DNA from: a virus
Virus record (IMG/VR): IMGVR_UViG_3300031420_000003
Span: 96,001-160,000 of that record
Strand: one strand, 5' to 3'
Length of the DNA: 64,000 nucleotides
Below the pieces are notes generated by a model. That model saw only the letters and a list, made by a program, of their open reading frames with translations. It had not been told where the DNA came from and ran no database searches. Within the stretch, counting starts at the first letter, position 1, and the number at the start of each line of letters is the position of its first letter. This document shows positions 10,024-18,784 of this stretch, piece by piece. The position numbers and the translations under genes are program-made.

Positions 10024-11421
10024 ATGGATGCAACCTACCAGATAGTCACCAACCTATCGTGTAACCTCGACTGTGAGTATTGTTACGAGCGTAAATATCC
10101 GCGTAATAACAAAGTCGCTGATGTCGTTGATTTTATTCACGCCTGCTTTAATCGTGACAAACACCGTTTCTATTCTAAAACACAAGGCATCGACGGTATC
10201 ATCATTGATATCATCGGCGGCGAACCGTTCATGCAGCCGAAGCTTTTGAAAGCTGCGTTTGAAACTGCCGAAGAACTGTGTAACCAGTACAATCTGCCCT
10301 ACGTGTTCTCTATCTCCACCAACGGGACGTTGTTTGACAAACCGCTGGCGCTGGAGATTCTGAACCGTTGGAAAGACAAACTGTCTATCGGTGTCTCCAT
10401 CGATGGTCTGCCTGAGACCCACGATAAGTACCGTATCTTTACCACGTCCCGTCAAGGGTCTTACCAAGCAGCGGTCGCCGGTTATAAGCTTCTGCAAGAA
10501 ATCGGCATTCGTGAGATTGGGGTGAAAGCCACCTTCACGAAAGACACGCTGATGCAGTATGGCGCTGGGATGAAGTCGTTGATTGACGTGACCGGGGGCG
10601 GTCGTCTGTACGGTAACGTTGTGTTCGAAGACGTGTTACCGCGCCAGATGGCACTCGAGATTGCCAACCAGTTTATCGAAGTGGCGGAGTATTTCATTGA
10701 GAAGGGTCTGCACTTAGACCAGAACTCTGAAATCGGTCACGTGCTGCCAGACGGCTTGAACGTTGACCAGCTGTGGAACCCGGACTGGCGTGAGAAGCTC
10801 ATCCATGATGACTCTGTGCGCTACGACCCACAACGTCTGCGTCCGCACTGCGGTACCACGGTGTACATGACCTGTCTTGGTTTCGACCGTAACATCTTCG
10901 GTTGTAACCGCTTCATGTCAACCGTGACCACCCGTCAGGCTATCGGTAAGCTTGAAGGGCAAACCATTGTTAACACCGATGGCGGCAAACTGCTGGCAGA
11001 AGTGCAGGAACAGTGGAAGTCGTATCCTGACCAATGTATCGGTTGTCCTGCGAAGCACCTGTGTGCCTCGTGCGTGGCCGCAGCGTACGAAAATGGCGAC
11101 GGTGAAGAAGACGCTCGTAAAGAGTATCACGGCGAACGTCGTCAGTGTGGTTGGACTACCGCGAAGCTCTTAGTGGCTCAGTGGTGGAAACAACGTTTCG
11201 GGTCGTACGAGTCGCAGTACGACAAGTCTGTTTGTAACTGTTATCAGTGCCAGCAGAAGCGCAACTACGCGGTGGAAGAACAACTCTCCCGTGAAGCTGC
11301 TGAACAGCCATTACACGTCACTGCCATCCGTGAGATGACCATGGCTGTGGAACAATCTGACCGCAAGGAACAATTTAAGAATGAAAAGCCTGCTGCTCCA
11401 GAATTTTACGAAGTACGATAG
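10024..11421 (+). CDS. Radical SAM/SPASM peptide maturase (Cxxx-repeat target type)
   Basis: CNLDCEYC, IGGEPF, STNGT, SIDG; SPASM-like HCG..MTC..GCNRF and CIGCPAKHLCASC..C; adjacent to Cxxx substrates. Confidence 0.92.
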   Translation: MDATYQIVTNLSCNLDCEYCYERKYPRNNKVADVVDFIHACFNRDKHRFYSKTQGIDGIIIDIIGGEPFMQPKLLKAAFETAEELCNQYNLPYVFSISTNGTLFDKPLALEILNRWKDKLSIGVSIDGLPETHDKYRIFTTSRQGSYQAAVAGYKLLQEIGIREIGVKATFTKDTLMQYGAGMKSLIDVTGGGRLYGNVVFEDVLPRQMALEIANQFIEVAEYFIEKGLHLDQNSEIGHVLPDGLNVDQLWNPDWREKLIHDDSVRYDPQRLRPHCGTTVYMTCLGFDRNIFGCNRFMSTVTTRQAIGKLEGQTIVNTDGGKLLAEVQEQWKSYPDQCIGCPAKHLCASCVAAAYENGDGEEDARKEYHGERRQCGWTTAKLLVAQWWKQRFGSYESQYDKSVCNCYQCQQKRNYAVEEQLSREAAEQPLHVTAIREMTMAVEQSDRKEQFKNEKPAAPEFYEVR

Positions 11422-11929
11422 TCGCAAAATCGAAGCGTTCTTACAGCACTACAAGCTGTTCAACATTCACGCTATCGTGCCAGCCGATGACTTTAATGAC
11501 CATTGGCTGCGTCTGATGAACCGCTTTGCGCTGAACGTTATCCTGCCGGTTGCGTGTGTGGAGAATGGCCACAACTCGGTTGCGGAAATTGAAAAGCGTA
11601 ATCCGGGCTTTGAAGCACGCATTTTAGCCGCCCCGGCGTCCAAGCTGACACTGCTGCGTGAATCGACGCAAGAGCGTGGCTCGGATTCTCTGGTGGCCCT
11701 GTGCTTGTCCTTCCCGGATGTGCCGGTGTGGATGGTGCGTAACCCTGAAGGCGCGTGTCATTACTTTGATGACATGATGTTCATGCAGGCGTTCCAAGAA
11801 AATGATCAGGTGTTGCCAAACCTCGTCTACCGTCTGGATCTTCGTATTGACTTTGAACTCATGTCCTATGACATGTTGACCAAAGTTGGATTCGTAGGAG
11901 AGAAAGAATGCTTAGTGCTGACGAGATAA
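11381..11929 (+). CDS. Hypothetical protein of the radical SAM/Cxxx operon
   Basis: 182-aa ORF with AAGGA RBS, overlapping both neighbours. Confidence 0.65.
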   Translation: MKSLLLQNFTKYDSRKIEAFLQHYKLFNIHAIVPADDFNDHWLRLMNRFALNVILPVACVENGHNSVAEIEKRNPGFEARILAAPASKLTLLRESTQERGSDSLVALCLSFPDVPVWMVRNPEGACHYFDDMMFMQAFQENDQVLPNLVYRLDLRIDFELMSYDMLTKVGFVGEKECLVLTR

Positions 11930-12549
11930 AAGCTCGGTTTGAAAATGGCGATGGGCAGATTGACCGCACGGGGTTATACTTTGACCCCAATGGCGATGTC
12001 ACGCTGGCCAAGCGTCTACACTACGCACTCTTAGAGGGACTCAGTGAGAAAGATGCACTGCGTCAGTTGCAAGAGCAGGGTCAAACCCAGTTCGAAGCGA
12101 ACTACACCTTACGCCAGACCAAAACGTTTATCAAAGACGTGTTGGGGATTCAGGTGAAGGATTACCTCAAAGAGCTGCAATCGACCAAAGCGTATTGCTA
12201 CACGTTGCTGGCCCAGAAGTTAAAGGCGACCAACGAGGCGTACGCGGCGGCTGTGACCGCAGACATTGCGTATAAAGACCACACCTTCCAGACCGGTGGC
12301 GAGACCCTGACCACACTGGCCGGCTTCGTGCAAACGAACACCGTGCCGGAGTATTGGGTGACGGCCGATAACCTCGCACTGGAAGAGTGGGATGCGAAAG
12401 ACACCGAGCAGCTCTACGCGCTTATCGTTGCTCGCAATGCGCAGCTGCACATTCAGTTGACCGCGTACAAAACCCGTATCCGTGCGTTTGCGGAGCAGGG
12501 AGATTACGCCTCGCTCGATGCGGCGGAGTTTAATCCGTCGGTAGAATAA
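11908..12549 (+). CDS. DUF4376-like tail-fibre-associated protein
   Basis: C-terminal IAYKDHTFQT..YWVTADN..LY..IVARNAQLH..YKTRI pattern resembles DUF4376; AGGAG RBS. Confidence 0.6.
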   Translation: MLSADEIKARFENGDGQIDRTGLYFDPNGDVTLAKRLHYALLEGLSEKDALRQLQEQGQTQFEANYTLRQTKTFIKDVLGIQVKDYLKELQSTKAYCYTLLAQKLKATNEAYAAAVTADIAYKDHTFQTGGETLTTLAGFVQTNTVPEYWVTADNLALEEWDAKDTEQLYALIVARNAQLHIQLTAYKTRIRAFAEQGDYASLDAAEFNPSVE

Positions 12550-12553
12550 CTGT

Positions 12554-12584
12554 GGTGCCCTTCGGGGCACCCTTTCTTCTTTTT
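12554..12584 (+). terminator. Rho-independent terminator ending the tail/radical SAM operon
   Basis: GGTGCCC-TTCG-GGGCACC then T-rich tract. Confidence 0.85.
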
Positions 12585-12645
12585 ATTTGCGGTTTGTTAT
12601 GACCTTTCGCGCAATGCGAATCACAAAGAGAAAGAGGAAAGAGTA

Positions 12646-13230
12646 ATGGCAGACCGTTTCAGTCGGGAAGGCATCATCCGTGCAAAAGTGAATATTGAGG
12701 CGGGTTATGTCAACAACAAAAACGACCTCGGTGGTGAGACCATCTGGGGTATCACGAAAGCAACGGCACTCGAATATGGTTACACGGGCCCAATGGTTTC
12801 TATGCCACAGTCAACGGCGCTGGACATCTATGTTAAGCTTTGGTGGAACAAGCTTTATCTGGATGACATCCTCGCCATCAATCCGCTTCTGGCTGACCGT
12901 CTGTTCGACTATGCTATCAATGCCGGTCGTGCAAACGCTGTGGAATCTCTGCAACGTCTTCTGAACGTGTTGAACAACCAAGAAACCCATTACGCGGATA
13001 TCGTGGTTGACAAAGGTATGGGTCCTAAAACCCTGACCGCCTTGAAAGCATTCTTCGCCAAGCGTGGTGCTGAAGGCATGAACTACTTGATGATGGGTTT
13101 AACCGGCATGCAGACCTACCACTACGTGGATATCTCTGAGAAGCGTAAAGCGAACGAGACGTTCACCTACGGTTGGTTGGGTCGTATCTGGGGTGAAATG
13201 CGTACTTACGCGAAAGCCTTGTTTGGCTAG
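12646..13230 (+). CDS. Glycoside hydrolase family 108 lysozyme (endolysin) with C-terminal peptidoglycan-binding region
   Basis: EAGYVNNKNDLGGETIWGIT catalytic signature; LQRLLN..IVVDKGMGPKT and F.YGW..R C-terminus. Confidence 0.88.
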   Translation: MADRFSREGIIRAKVNIEAGYVNNKNDLGGETIWGITKATALEYGYTGPMVSMPQSTALDIYVKLWWNKLYLDDILAINPLLADRLFDYAINAGRANAVESLQRLLNVLNNQETHYADIVVDKGMGPKTLTALKAFFAKRGAEGMNYLMMGLTGMQTYHYVDISEKRKANETFTYGWLGRIWGEMRTYAKALFG

Positions 13231-13240
13231 GGGAGCAATC

Positions 13241-13354
13241 ATGCAAAAGACCGAAGCTGCTGTACAAGAAAAACCTGCGGTAATTCAACAAGGATTGGGC
13301 GCAGTCGCTTTGGTGTTATTCATCAGCCGTTTGTTCGGTAAGGTGAAACAATGA
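13241..13354 (+). CDS. 37-aa putative membrane peptide (not in ORF track)
   Basis: GGGAG RBS; MQKTEAAVQEKPAVIQQGLGAVALVLFISRLFGKVKQ; ATGA overlap with next gene. Confidence 0.55.
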   Translation: MQKTEAAVQEKPAVIQQGLGAVALVLFISRLFGKVKQ

Positions 13355-14037
13355 GCCCGATGGATTTCACTTATAAAGTCTTGGAGGGGAAATGGTTTAT
13401 CCTGACGCAGGATTTCCACTACCCGTTTACGCTACGCACAATCTACCGTAATGCACCGGGTTTGGACCGGATGGTTTCACTCACCGGTATCTTACCTGAT
13501 GCTCTGTTCTACATCACGGTACCCCGCGGCTTTGTCACCGATTTGGCCAGCATCCCTGAGATGTTGCAGTCGGTACTCAAGCCGAATGGTCCGTGGGCAT
13601 TAGCGGCGTGTTTGCATGACTTACTGTACCAGAAGTGTCCGTCGGATGCGGTCTACCCAGACACTCCGGCCGGACACCTCAGTGGGGCAGTGGACAAAGA
13701 CTTCGCAGACTTGATGTTCCTGCGCACGATGGAAGCCACCGGGGTCAGTGATGCCCTCGCCCGTTCGTTCTACGATGCCGTCCATCTCTTTGGGCAGTCT
13801 GCGTACAACGATGACAACTCCGATTGCCACTACACCGAGTTCAAAGAGTCCACGGTGGAGTATGCGCGTAACTACCTTTTCTTCCGCGAGTTCATTGAAC
13901 CTGCGGTACCGATTGGGGAGCGACACGCACTGGAATCCGGCGAAGTCAGCAACGTGAAGTACCGTAACATCAAACGGGCCTTTTTAACCGACCCAGAAAT
14001 CGCTGTAGAAAACGATAATCTGGAATCGGTCGCGTAG
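13351..14037 (+). CDS. DUF1353 family protein
   Basis: ITVPRGFVTDLASIP, AACLHDLLY and ADLMF motifs. Confidence 0.8.
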   Translation: MSPMDFTYKVLEGKWFILTQDFHYPFTLRTIYRNAPGLDRMVSLTGILPDALFYITVPRGFVTDLASIPEMLQSVLKPNGPWALAACLHDLLYQKCPSDAVYPDTPAGHLSGAVDKDFADLMFLRTMEATGVSDALARSFYDAVHLFGQSAYNDDNSDCHYTEFKESTVEYARNYLFFREFIEPAVPIGERHALESGEVSNVKYRNIKRAFLTDPEIAVENDNLESVA

Positions 14038-14108
14038 TACGGTTTGTGGGCGACGTCGCTTAGGATGGCTTACAGGACGTCTCACGCAGGATGAAATAAA
14101 AAGAAGAG

Positions 14109-14135
14109 GTACCCCACTCCAAAAGAGTGGGGTAC
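14109..14135. terminator. Bidirectional terminator between convergent genes
   Basis: GTACCCCACTC-CAAAA-GAGTGGGGTAC flanked by A-rich and T-rich tracts. Confidence 0.8.
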
Positions 14136-14139
14136 TGTT

Positions 14140-14676
14140 TTATTTACTCGGGGCAGGCGTCACGACATCAGCAGGGGCCGACGCGGGTGCTTGCGCATCA
14201 TCAGATGGAGTAAGAGAAGAAGCAGGGGTTGCAGCAGCAGTAGCAGCGTCACCGGTACCTACCTGACAGCGGAAGAAGGTGGCTCCCGACCCATTACCGC
14301 TCATGTCAACATTTGAATACGAGTAGGTGGGCGGGGTCGTGTTCAGCCGGTAATAACGTACACCGTTAATCAGGTCTACGCTGCCATCGACTTTGCCGAG
14401 CAGGTCTTTATAAAGTTGCGGGGATTCCACCTTGCCATTCGGGAAGGTCGCAACCCAGTTACTGCCGTTATCGATAACCGTGACGGCGATAGGATAAAGT
14501 TTAACTTGGGCCGCATCAGGTCGCCAGTTGACAAACGTCTCCTGAGCACCGGTACAGGTGTAAGTTACAAAGTCAGTTGGGGCGACAGGCACCGTCGAGA
14601 ACTGGCCATTGGTTGTGGTAAGCGCGCAACCCCCTAACAACATTGCAACGCAGAATGCCGCAATAAGACGTAACAT
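14140..14676 (-). CDS. Putative outer-membrane lipoprotein
   Basis: Start MLRLIAAFCVAMLLGG-C (lipobox) with GAGG RBS; Ala/Pro-rich C-terminal tail. Confidence 0.65.
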   Translation of the reverse strand: MLRLIAAFCVAMLLGGCALTTTNGQFSTVPVAPTDFVTYTCTGAQETFVNWRPDAAQVKLYPIAVTVIDNGSNWVATFPNGKVESPQLYKDLLGKVDGSVDLINGVRYYRLNTTPPTYSYSNVDMSGNGSGATFFRCQVGTGDAATAAATPASSLTPSDDAQAPASAPADVVTPAPSK

Positions 14677-14812
14677 GAGTCTATCCTCTGGTGAACTTTT
14701 CAATTATTTTTTGCCCGGGAAATACGGGTCATACTATAGTGGGCCTTGTGTTATTTTGACCCACTGGGCTTTTTTATGACAACCGTTGTCAACTTTATAA
14801 AAGGGAAAAGAG

Positions 14813-15325
14813 ATGGCTACTAAAACCCCACAGGAGCAGTTGGTCGAGCTGTTTAACGCTGCGAACACTGGTCTTGCTACCCCATTGGCTGTTGCGGATG
14901 TGGACTTTGGTGCAGTTGCTGCGGGTGCGGAAGGTGCAGAGAAAAACTCTACGCTGACCATCACTGCAAAAGCCGCTTCCATCAACTTCTCCGGTTCCAA
15001 AGCCCTGACGTACAACCGTCTGGCACTGGCACTGGGTGCGGTGAGCGTTGATGATGACGTGGCAAACTGGGACACCGATGCTGAGGTGCTTGCGCATTTC
15101 AACACGCTGGTTCAGCAGACCCACGCGGACGATGTGTTTGCCGCAGGTGACATCACTGTTGCCTCTGCAGCGAATGCTGACGATAACACTAAAACGGACG
15201 TTACTGTTACCATCAATGCAGGCCACATGAAGTTCCTGCCTGGTGAAGCTGTGAAATGGACTATCGCCAAAGCCAAAACTGATCTCTCCGGTACTAACGG
15301 AGACTTGGACGGCTTTAACAGCTAA
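14813..15325 (+). CDS. Virion structural protein, paralog family (single domain)
   Basis: LVELFNAAN, LTYNRL and C-terminal DLSGTNGDLDGF shared with downstream paralogs. Confidence 0.65.
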   Translation: MATKTPQEQLVELFNAANTGLATPLAVADVDFGAVAAGAEGAEKNSTLTITAKAASINFSGSKALTYNRLALALGAVSVDDDVANWDTDAEVLAHFNTLVQQTHADDVFAAGDITVASAANADDNTKTDVTVTINAGHMKFLPGEAVKWTIAKAKTDLSGTNGDLDGFNS

Positions 15326-15349
15326 CCTGTTAGGCACAAAAAGTAAAAG

Positions 15350-15373
15350 CTACTCTCCCTTCGGGGAGAGTAG
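15350..15373. terminator. Bidirectional terminator
   Basis: CTACTCTCCC-TTCG-GGGAGAGTAG with tracts on both sides; between convergent genes. Confidence 0.85.
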
Positions 15374-15390
15374 TCTTTTTTATTTATTTG

Positions 15391-16275
15391 CTACGGCATC
15401 ACAAGTTCAAACACAAGGTACGTTGCCATGCGTGTCTGGAATGCGGCACTGGCAATCACCGCGGGGTTGTTGGCGTTGTGGTACGCTGCTGCCACCGACG
15501 TGAACAGGTGCGGCCCTAACGTGGACTGGGTGCCTGTGTTGTCGTAAAAGCGCGGCAGGGCATCGGCTTGGGTTTCAACCGTGGCTCTGACCATTCGCGA
15601 CATCGTGCTACGCCACTCAGAGGCCGTGGTGTCGGCAGTCGTGATGTACTGGCTGTACGGTGCATTCGAAAGCTTCGGTGCACGAACAACATAATCCAGT
15701 CCGCCAATATTGACGATGGTGCGTTGAGCCACTGCTGGGCTAGGTGTGCCTGCAGGAATTTGACCGTTACCGGCCTCACCAAACATCAGTCCCGCAAGGT
15801 AGAGGTCATTCCACGATGCCGATACCACGTAGCTGTCTGGAATGAACAATACTTTCCCTTTGTAGGAAAACTTATACCACTTGCTAAAGCTGCCACGACC
15901 ACCGAAGTTATTCAGCACCGGGAGTTTAGCGGCCAAGTCGTTTGGCGTGATAAAGTCTGTGGTGTTCAGGATATCCATCAGCCCCGCATTCCAATCCCCA
16001 CGCAATGGTGTGGTTCGACCCGGACCGGTTTCAGAGAAATACCCTGTGGCGGTATTGGCACCCCATGCCCGCTCGGTGCCCTTACGTGCCACGATACGGT
16101 AATAGTAGATGGACTTATTCAGGACTGTGTTGTCCTCGTAGTCCGTTGCCGTGCCGGGCAGGGTAACGATCGGGTTGCCCGGGTTAGCCGAACTGATTGG
16201 CGTTGTCCCGCGATACACCTCCACAGCGTCCAAGTTCTGGTCAGCCATGGAAGGCCACTTCAATTTAATGCCCAT
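15391..16275 (-). CDS. Virion protein: FN3-like N-domain + GPG..GD..G domain (module copy 2, gene C)
   Basis: LKWP..VEVYR..YED..YYYRI; GPG..GDWNAG; WYKF..KGKVLFIP; W..LY..GL. Confidence 0.65.
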   Translation of the reverse strand: MGIKLKWPSMADQNLDAVEVYRGTTPISSANPGNPIVTLPGTATDYEDNTVLNKSIYYYRIVARKGTERAWGANTATGYFSETGPGRTTPLRGDWNAGLMDILNTTDFITPNDLAAKLPVLNNFGGRGSFSKWYKFSYKGKVLFIPDSYVVSASWNDLYLAGLMFGEAGNGQIPAGTPSPAVAQRTIVNIGGLDYVVRAPKLSNAPYSQYITTADTTASEWRSTMSRMVRATVETQADALPRFYDNTGTQSTLGPHLFTSVAAAYHNANNPAVIASAAFQTRMATYLVFELVMP

Positions 16276-16284
16276 GGTTTTTCC

Positions 16285-17322
16285 TTAGACGATGATGGTA
16301 GGCTCAATGAGCTCAATAACCGGCAACCAAACGATGCTGGAGTTTATGGCTTGACACCACTGTGCAGACAAGTTGTCTTTGGTGTGCGGTGAGGTCGTAC
16401 CACTGGAATAGATGTGGCTTTTGACCGCCCGGTTAACCACTTGAAGACCATCGGTACGTTCCTGCACCGCGATGCGGGTACGGTTACGTGTCGCTTCAGC
16501 AGCTTGTGAGTTACTGTACTCGTACGACGGTGTCCCAAGCAGGGTATCGATGTTGGTTTCGGCAAAGTTGAAACTGCGTTGCTTTTCCGGCACCACGTTG
16601 TAGAGCGCATAGACCAAGTCGTTCCACTCGTTGTTCTGCCCATTCGCGTAGGTGTCATTTGAGATCTGGGGGGAGAAGTCAGCATTGGGGATACCGGCAA
16701 ACGAGCCATCCGACACCCCACGCAGCAACCGCACCTTGTAATTGTCCCCGTTCAACGACAACTGCACCAGTTGGTTTGTGGCGACCAGACCGGATGTTGG
16801 TGCACCTGTTGGGAAGTTCGCATCGACACCAAACACAAGTCCTGCCTGATAGAGGTACTGCCACGTGGCATTACCAAACGAGGTTTCGGGCACGTAGATG
16901 ATTTTGCCATTTCGCGTCATCTTGTGCCATGTTGGCGTGATGAGACCAGTGGGGAGACCTGAGGTCGATTTAGCAGCAGCTAAAATGGCAGCACTGCTAA
17001 AGAAATCAGCCGAGAGAAGTGGGCCGTAATAACCGAGGTTATCATCACCGTACTTCAGAACCGACGTACCTGCTCCGCGGTTATCCGTGATGAGAAACTT
17101 CTGGTTAGGTGTTAGCACCAAATCATTCGCGGTTTTGGTACCCAGAATGTAGTAGTACGTCTGCCCACTCACGGCGGTGGTATCCACGAAGAACTTGTCT
17201 CCGTTGGTGACCGTCCCAATAGGCGCAGGAAGGTTTGCAGGGTCTAACGGTGCATCGCCACGGTAAATGTTCACCGTGTTAGCGATAACGTTACGGTTAG
17301 TCCACGTTAGGCGGAAGGCCAT
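16285..17322 (-). CDS. Virion protein: FN3-like N-domain + GPG-type domain (module copy 2, gene B)
   Basis: N-terminus closely parallels 19739..20740; ends WLPVIEL. Confidence 0.65.
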   Translation of the reverse strand: MAFRLTWTNRNVIANTVNIYRGDAPLDPANLPAPIGTVTNGDKFFVDTTAVSGQTYYYILGTKTANDLVLTPNQKFLITDNRGAGTSVLKYGDDNLGYYGPLLSADFFSSAAILAAAKSTSGLPTGLITPTWHKMTRNGKIIYVPETSFGNATWQYLYQAGLVFGVDANFPTGAPTSGLVATNQLVQLSLNGDNYKVRLLRGVSDGSFAGIPNADFSPQISNDTYANGQNNEWNDLVYALYNVVPEKQRSFNFAETNIDTLLGTPSYEYSNSQAAEATRNRTRIAVQERTDGLQVVNRAVKSHIYSSGTTSPHTKDNLSAQWCQAINSSIVWLPVIELIEPTIIV

Positions 17323-17333
17323 GGTGTTGTTCC

Positions 17334-18773
17334 TTATTTGAATCCGTCTAATTTACCGTTTGTGTTTTTCAATTGCACAGGCGGTACGACTGTTATCTGC
17401 AAGGCAGGCGGGGTCAGAACCCCTGCCGGTGCGCGACCCCGTACGCTGTTCGGTGAGTAGACTGGCGCACTGTCAGTGGCGATCAGATACGGTTTACTAA
17501 TCGAACGGTCAATTGTCCCTCTCACGCCCTCCATGCGAAGCGGGATATTGGGGTCACGGTTTTGGTCAATAAAGAGCGTAGGTTTACGCAGGCTTTGTGT
17601 TACGGTGCCACGGATTTCCGTCAGCGCTAACGTTACGGTACTCAGGTCAAACAACCGCAAGAAAGGTCGCCAGCCATAATTGCCGGTTTTCTGTAAATTC
17701 GATGACGACTGGGCATTCATCGAGGTGAACCATACCGTGGAGCCGTCAGCGGCAGAGGTGGTTTGAAACAGAAACCCAGTGCTGTAGTCAAGCGGGGGTG
17801 TCGCGGTGTGCAGACCGTCCCAATCGCCTTTGGTGTACGTTCCCGGGAAGACACGTCCCAACAGCTGATACAACTCCCCGTCTTGTGCCCGCTGGCCGAT
17901 AATCGGGTCGCTTGCTGCGAACGTCGGTAGGCGTGGGACAAAGCCCACGGCACCTTCTGGCGAGTCCAACGCGATGTAGCGATTCTGCTTCGTGAGCGGA
18001 CTGCCCACAGGTGGCCATTTACCTGTACCGTCGCTGTCGTAAACCGAGCCACGTTCATACAGCGCTTTCCACGAGGTCGTACCTAAGTGGTAGCTTGGGA
18101 AGAACAAGAACTGGCCTTTATAGGCGAACTTCATCCAGAACAGGTTCGGGTTCACCACCGGTGTACTGCCCGCGTCATCCGAGAGCACCGCATTGAAGAT
18201 GTCCAGAGCAGCGACCATCTCATCGGCTCTGACCACCCCAAAGTAGCCCGCATCCATATCCCCAATCAGCATCGCCTTGCGACCCGGTCCGGAGTTCGGG
18301 TAGTTACCCGCCGGTAGCCGCGACCACTGTACGCTCAGGCTGCCTGTAAAGGCCGGAGAGGTGCTGGCGATTGTCAGGGTCACCGGTGTAGGGGTGTACC
18401 CGTTTGACAACGCTGTGGAGCCGTTGGCGAGGTCTGTGGCCTGTAAGCCTAACCCGTACTGCTCGTTCAGTGCCGGTAACAGGTCGGCATAGGTCTTCGA
18501 GCTGCCGGCGGCATCAAACACCACGGTAATACCATTGAAATATTTACCAATGTCCAGTCTGTCGTAGAAGAATTCGCGACGCCCTACAAACCCAGCCCCA
18601 CTCTTTCCGTTTAACACCACCCGGGAATTACGCCCGGAGGTGCCAAGGGAGGTCGTGAAAGGCCCGCCCAGCACCAATACATTATCGGGGCTGAGAGGGT
18701 AAGGTAGATTGGGGTTGTCGCGGGTTACTTGTCGGCAGAGTAGCATCAGCGACGAGTAGCTGTAAGGCCCCAT
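17334..18773 (-). CDS. Virion protein: paralog anchor domain + GPG domain (module copy 2, gene A)
   Basis: RDNPNLP..GRN..YDRLD..LNEQYGL; GPG..GD..GYFG; C-terminal TNGKLDGF. Confidence 0.65.
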   Translation of the reverse strand: MGPYSYSSLMLLCRQVTRDNPNLPYPLSPDNVLVLGGPFTTSLGTSGRNSRVVLNGKSGAGFVGRREFFYDRLDIGKYFNGITVVFDAAGSSKTYADLLPALNEQYGLGLQATDLANGSTALSNGYTPTPVTLTIASTSPAFTGSLSVQWSRLPAGNYPNSGPGRKAMLIGDMDAGYFGVVRADEMVAALDIFNAVLSDDAGSTPVVNPNLFWMKFAYKGQFLFFPSYHLGTTSWKALYERGSVYDSDGTGKWPPVGSPLTKQNRYIALDSPEGAVGFVPRLPTFAASDPIIGQRAQDGELYQLLGRVFPGTYTKGDWDGLHTATPPLDYSTGFLFQTTSAADGSTVWFTSMNAQSSSNLQKTGNYGWRPFLRLFDLSTVTLALTEIRGTVTQSLRKPTLFIDQNRDPNIPLRMEGVRGTIDRSISKPYLIATDSAPVYSPNSVRGRAPAGVLTPPALQITVVPPVQLKNTNGKLDGFK

Positions 18774-18784
18774 GTTTTACTCCG

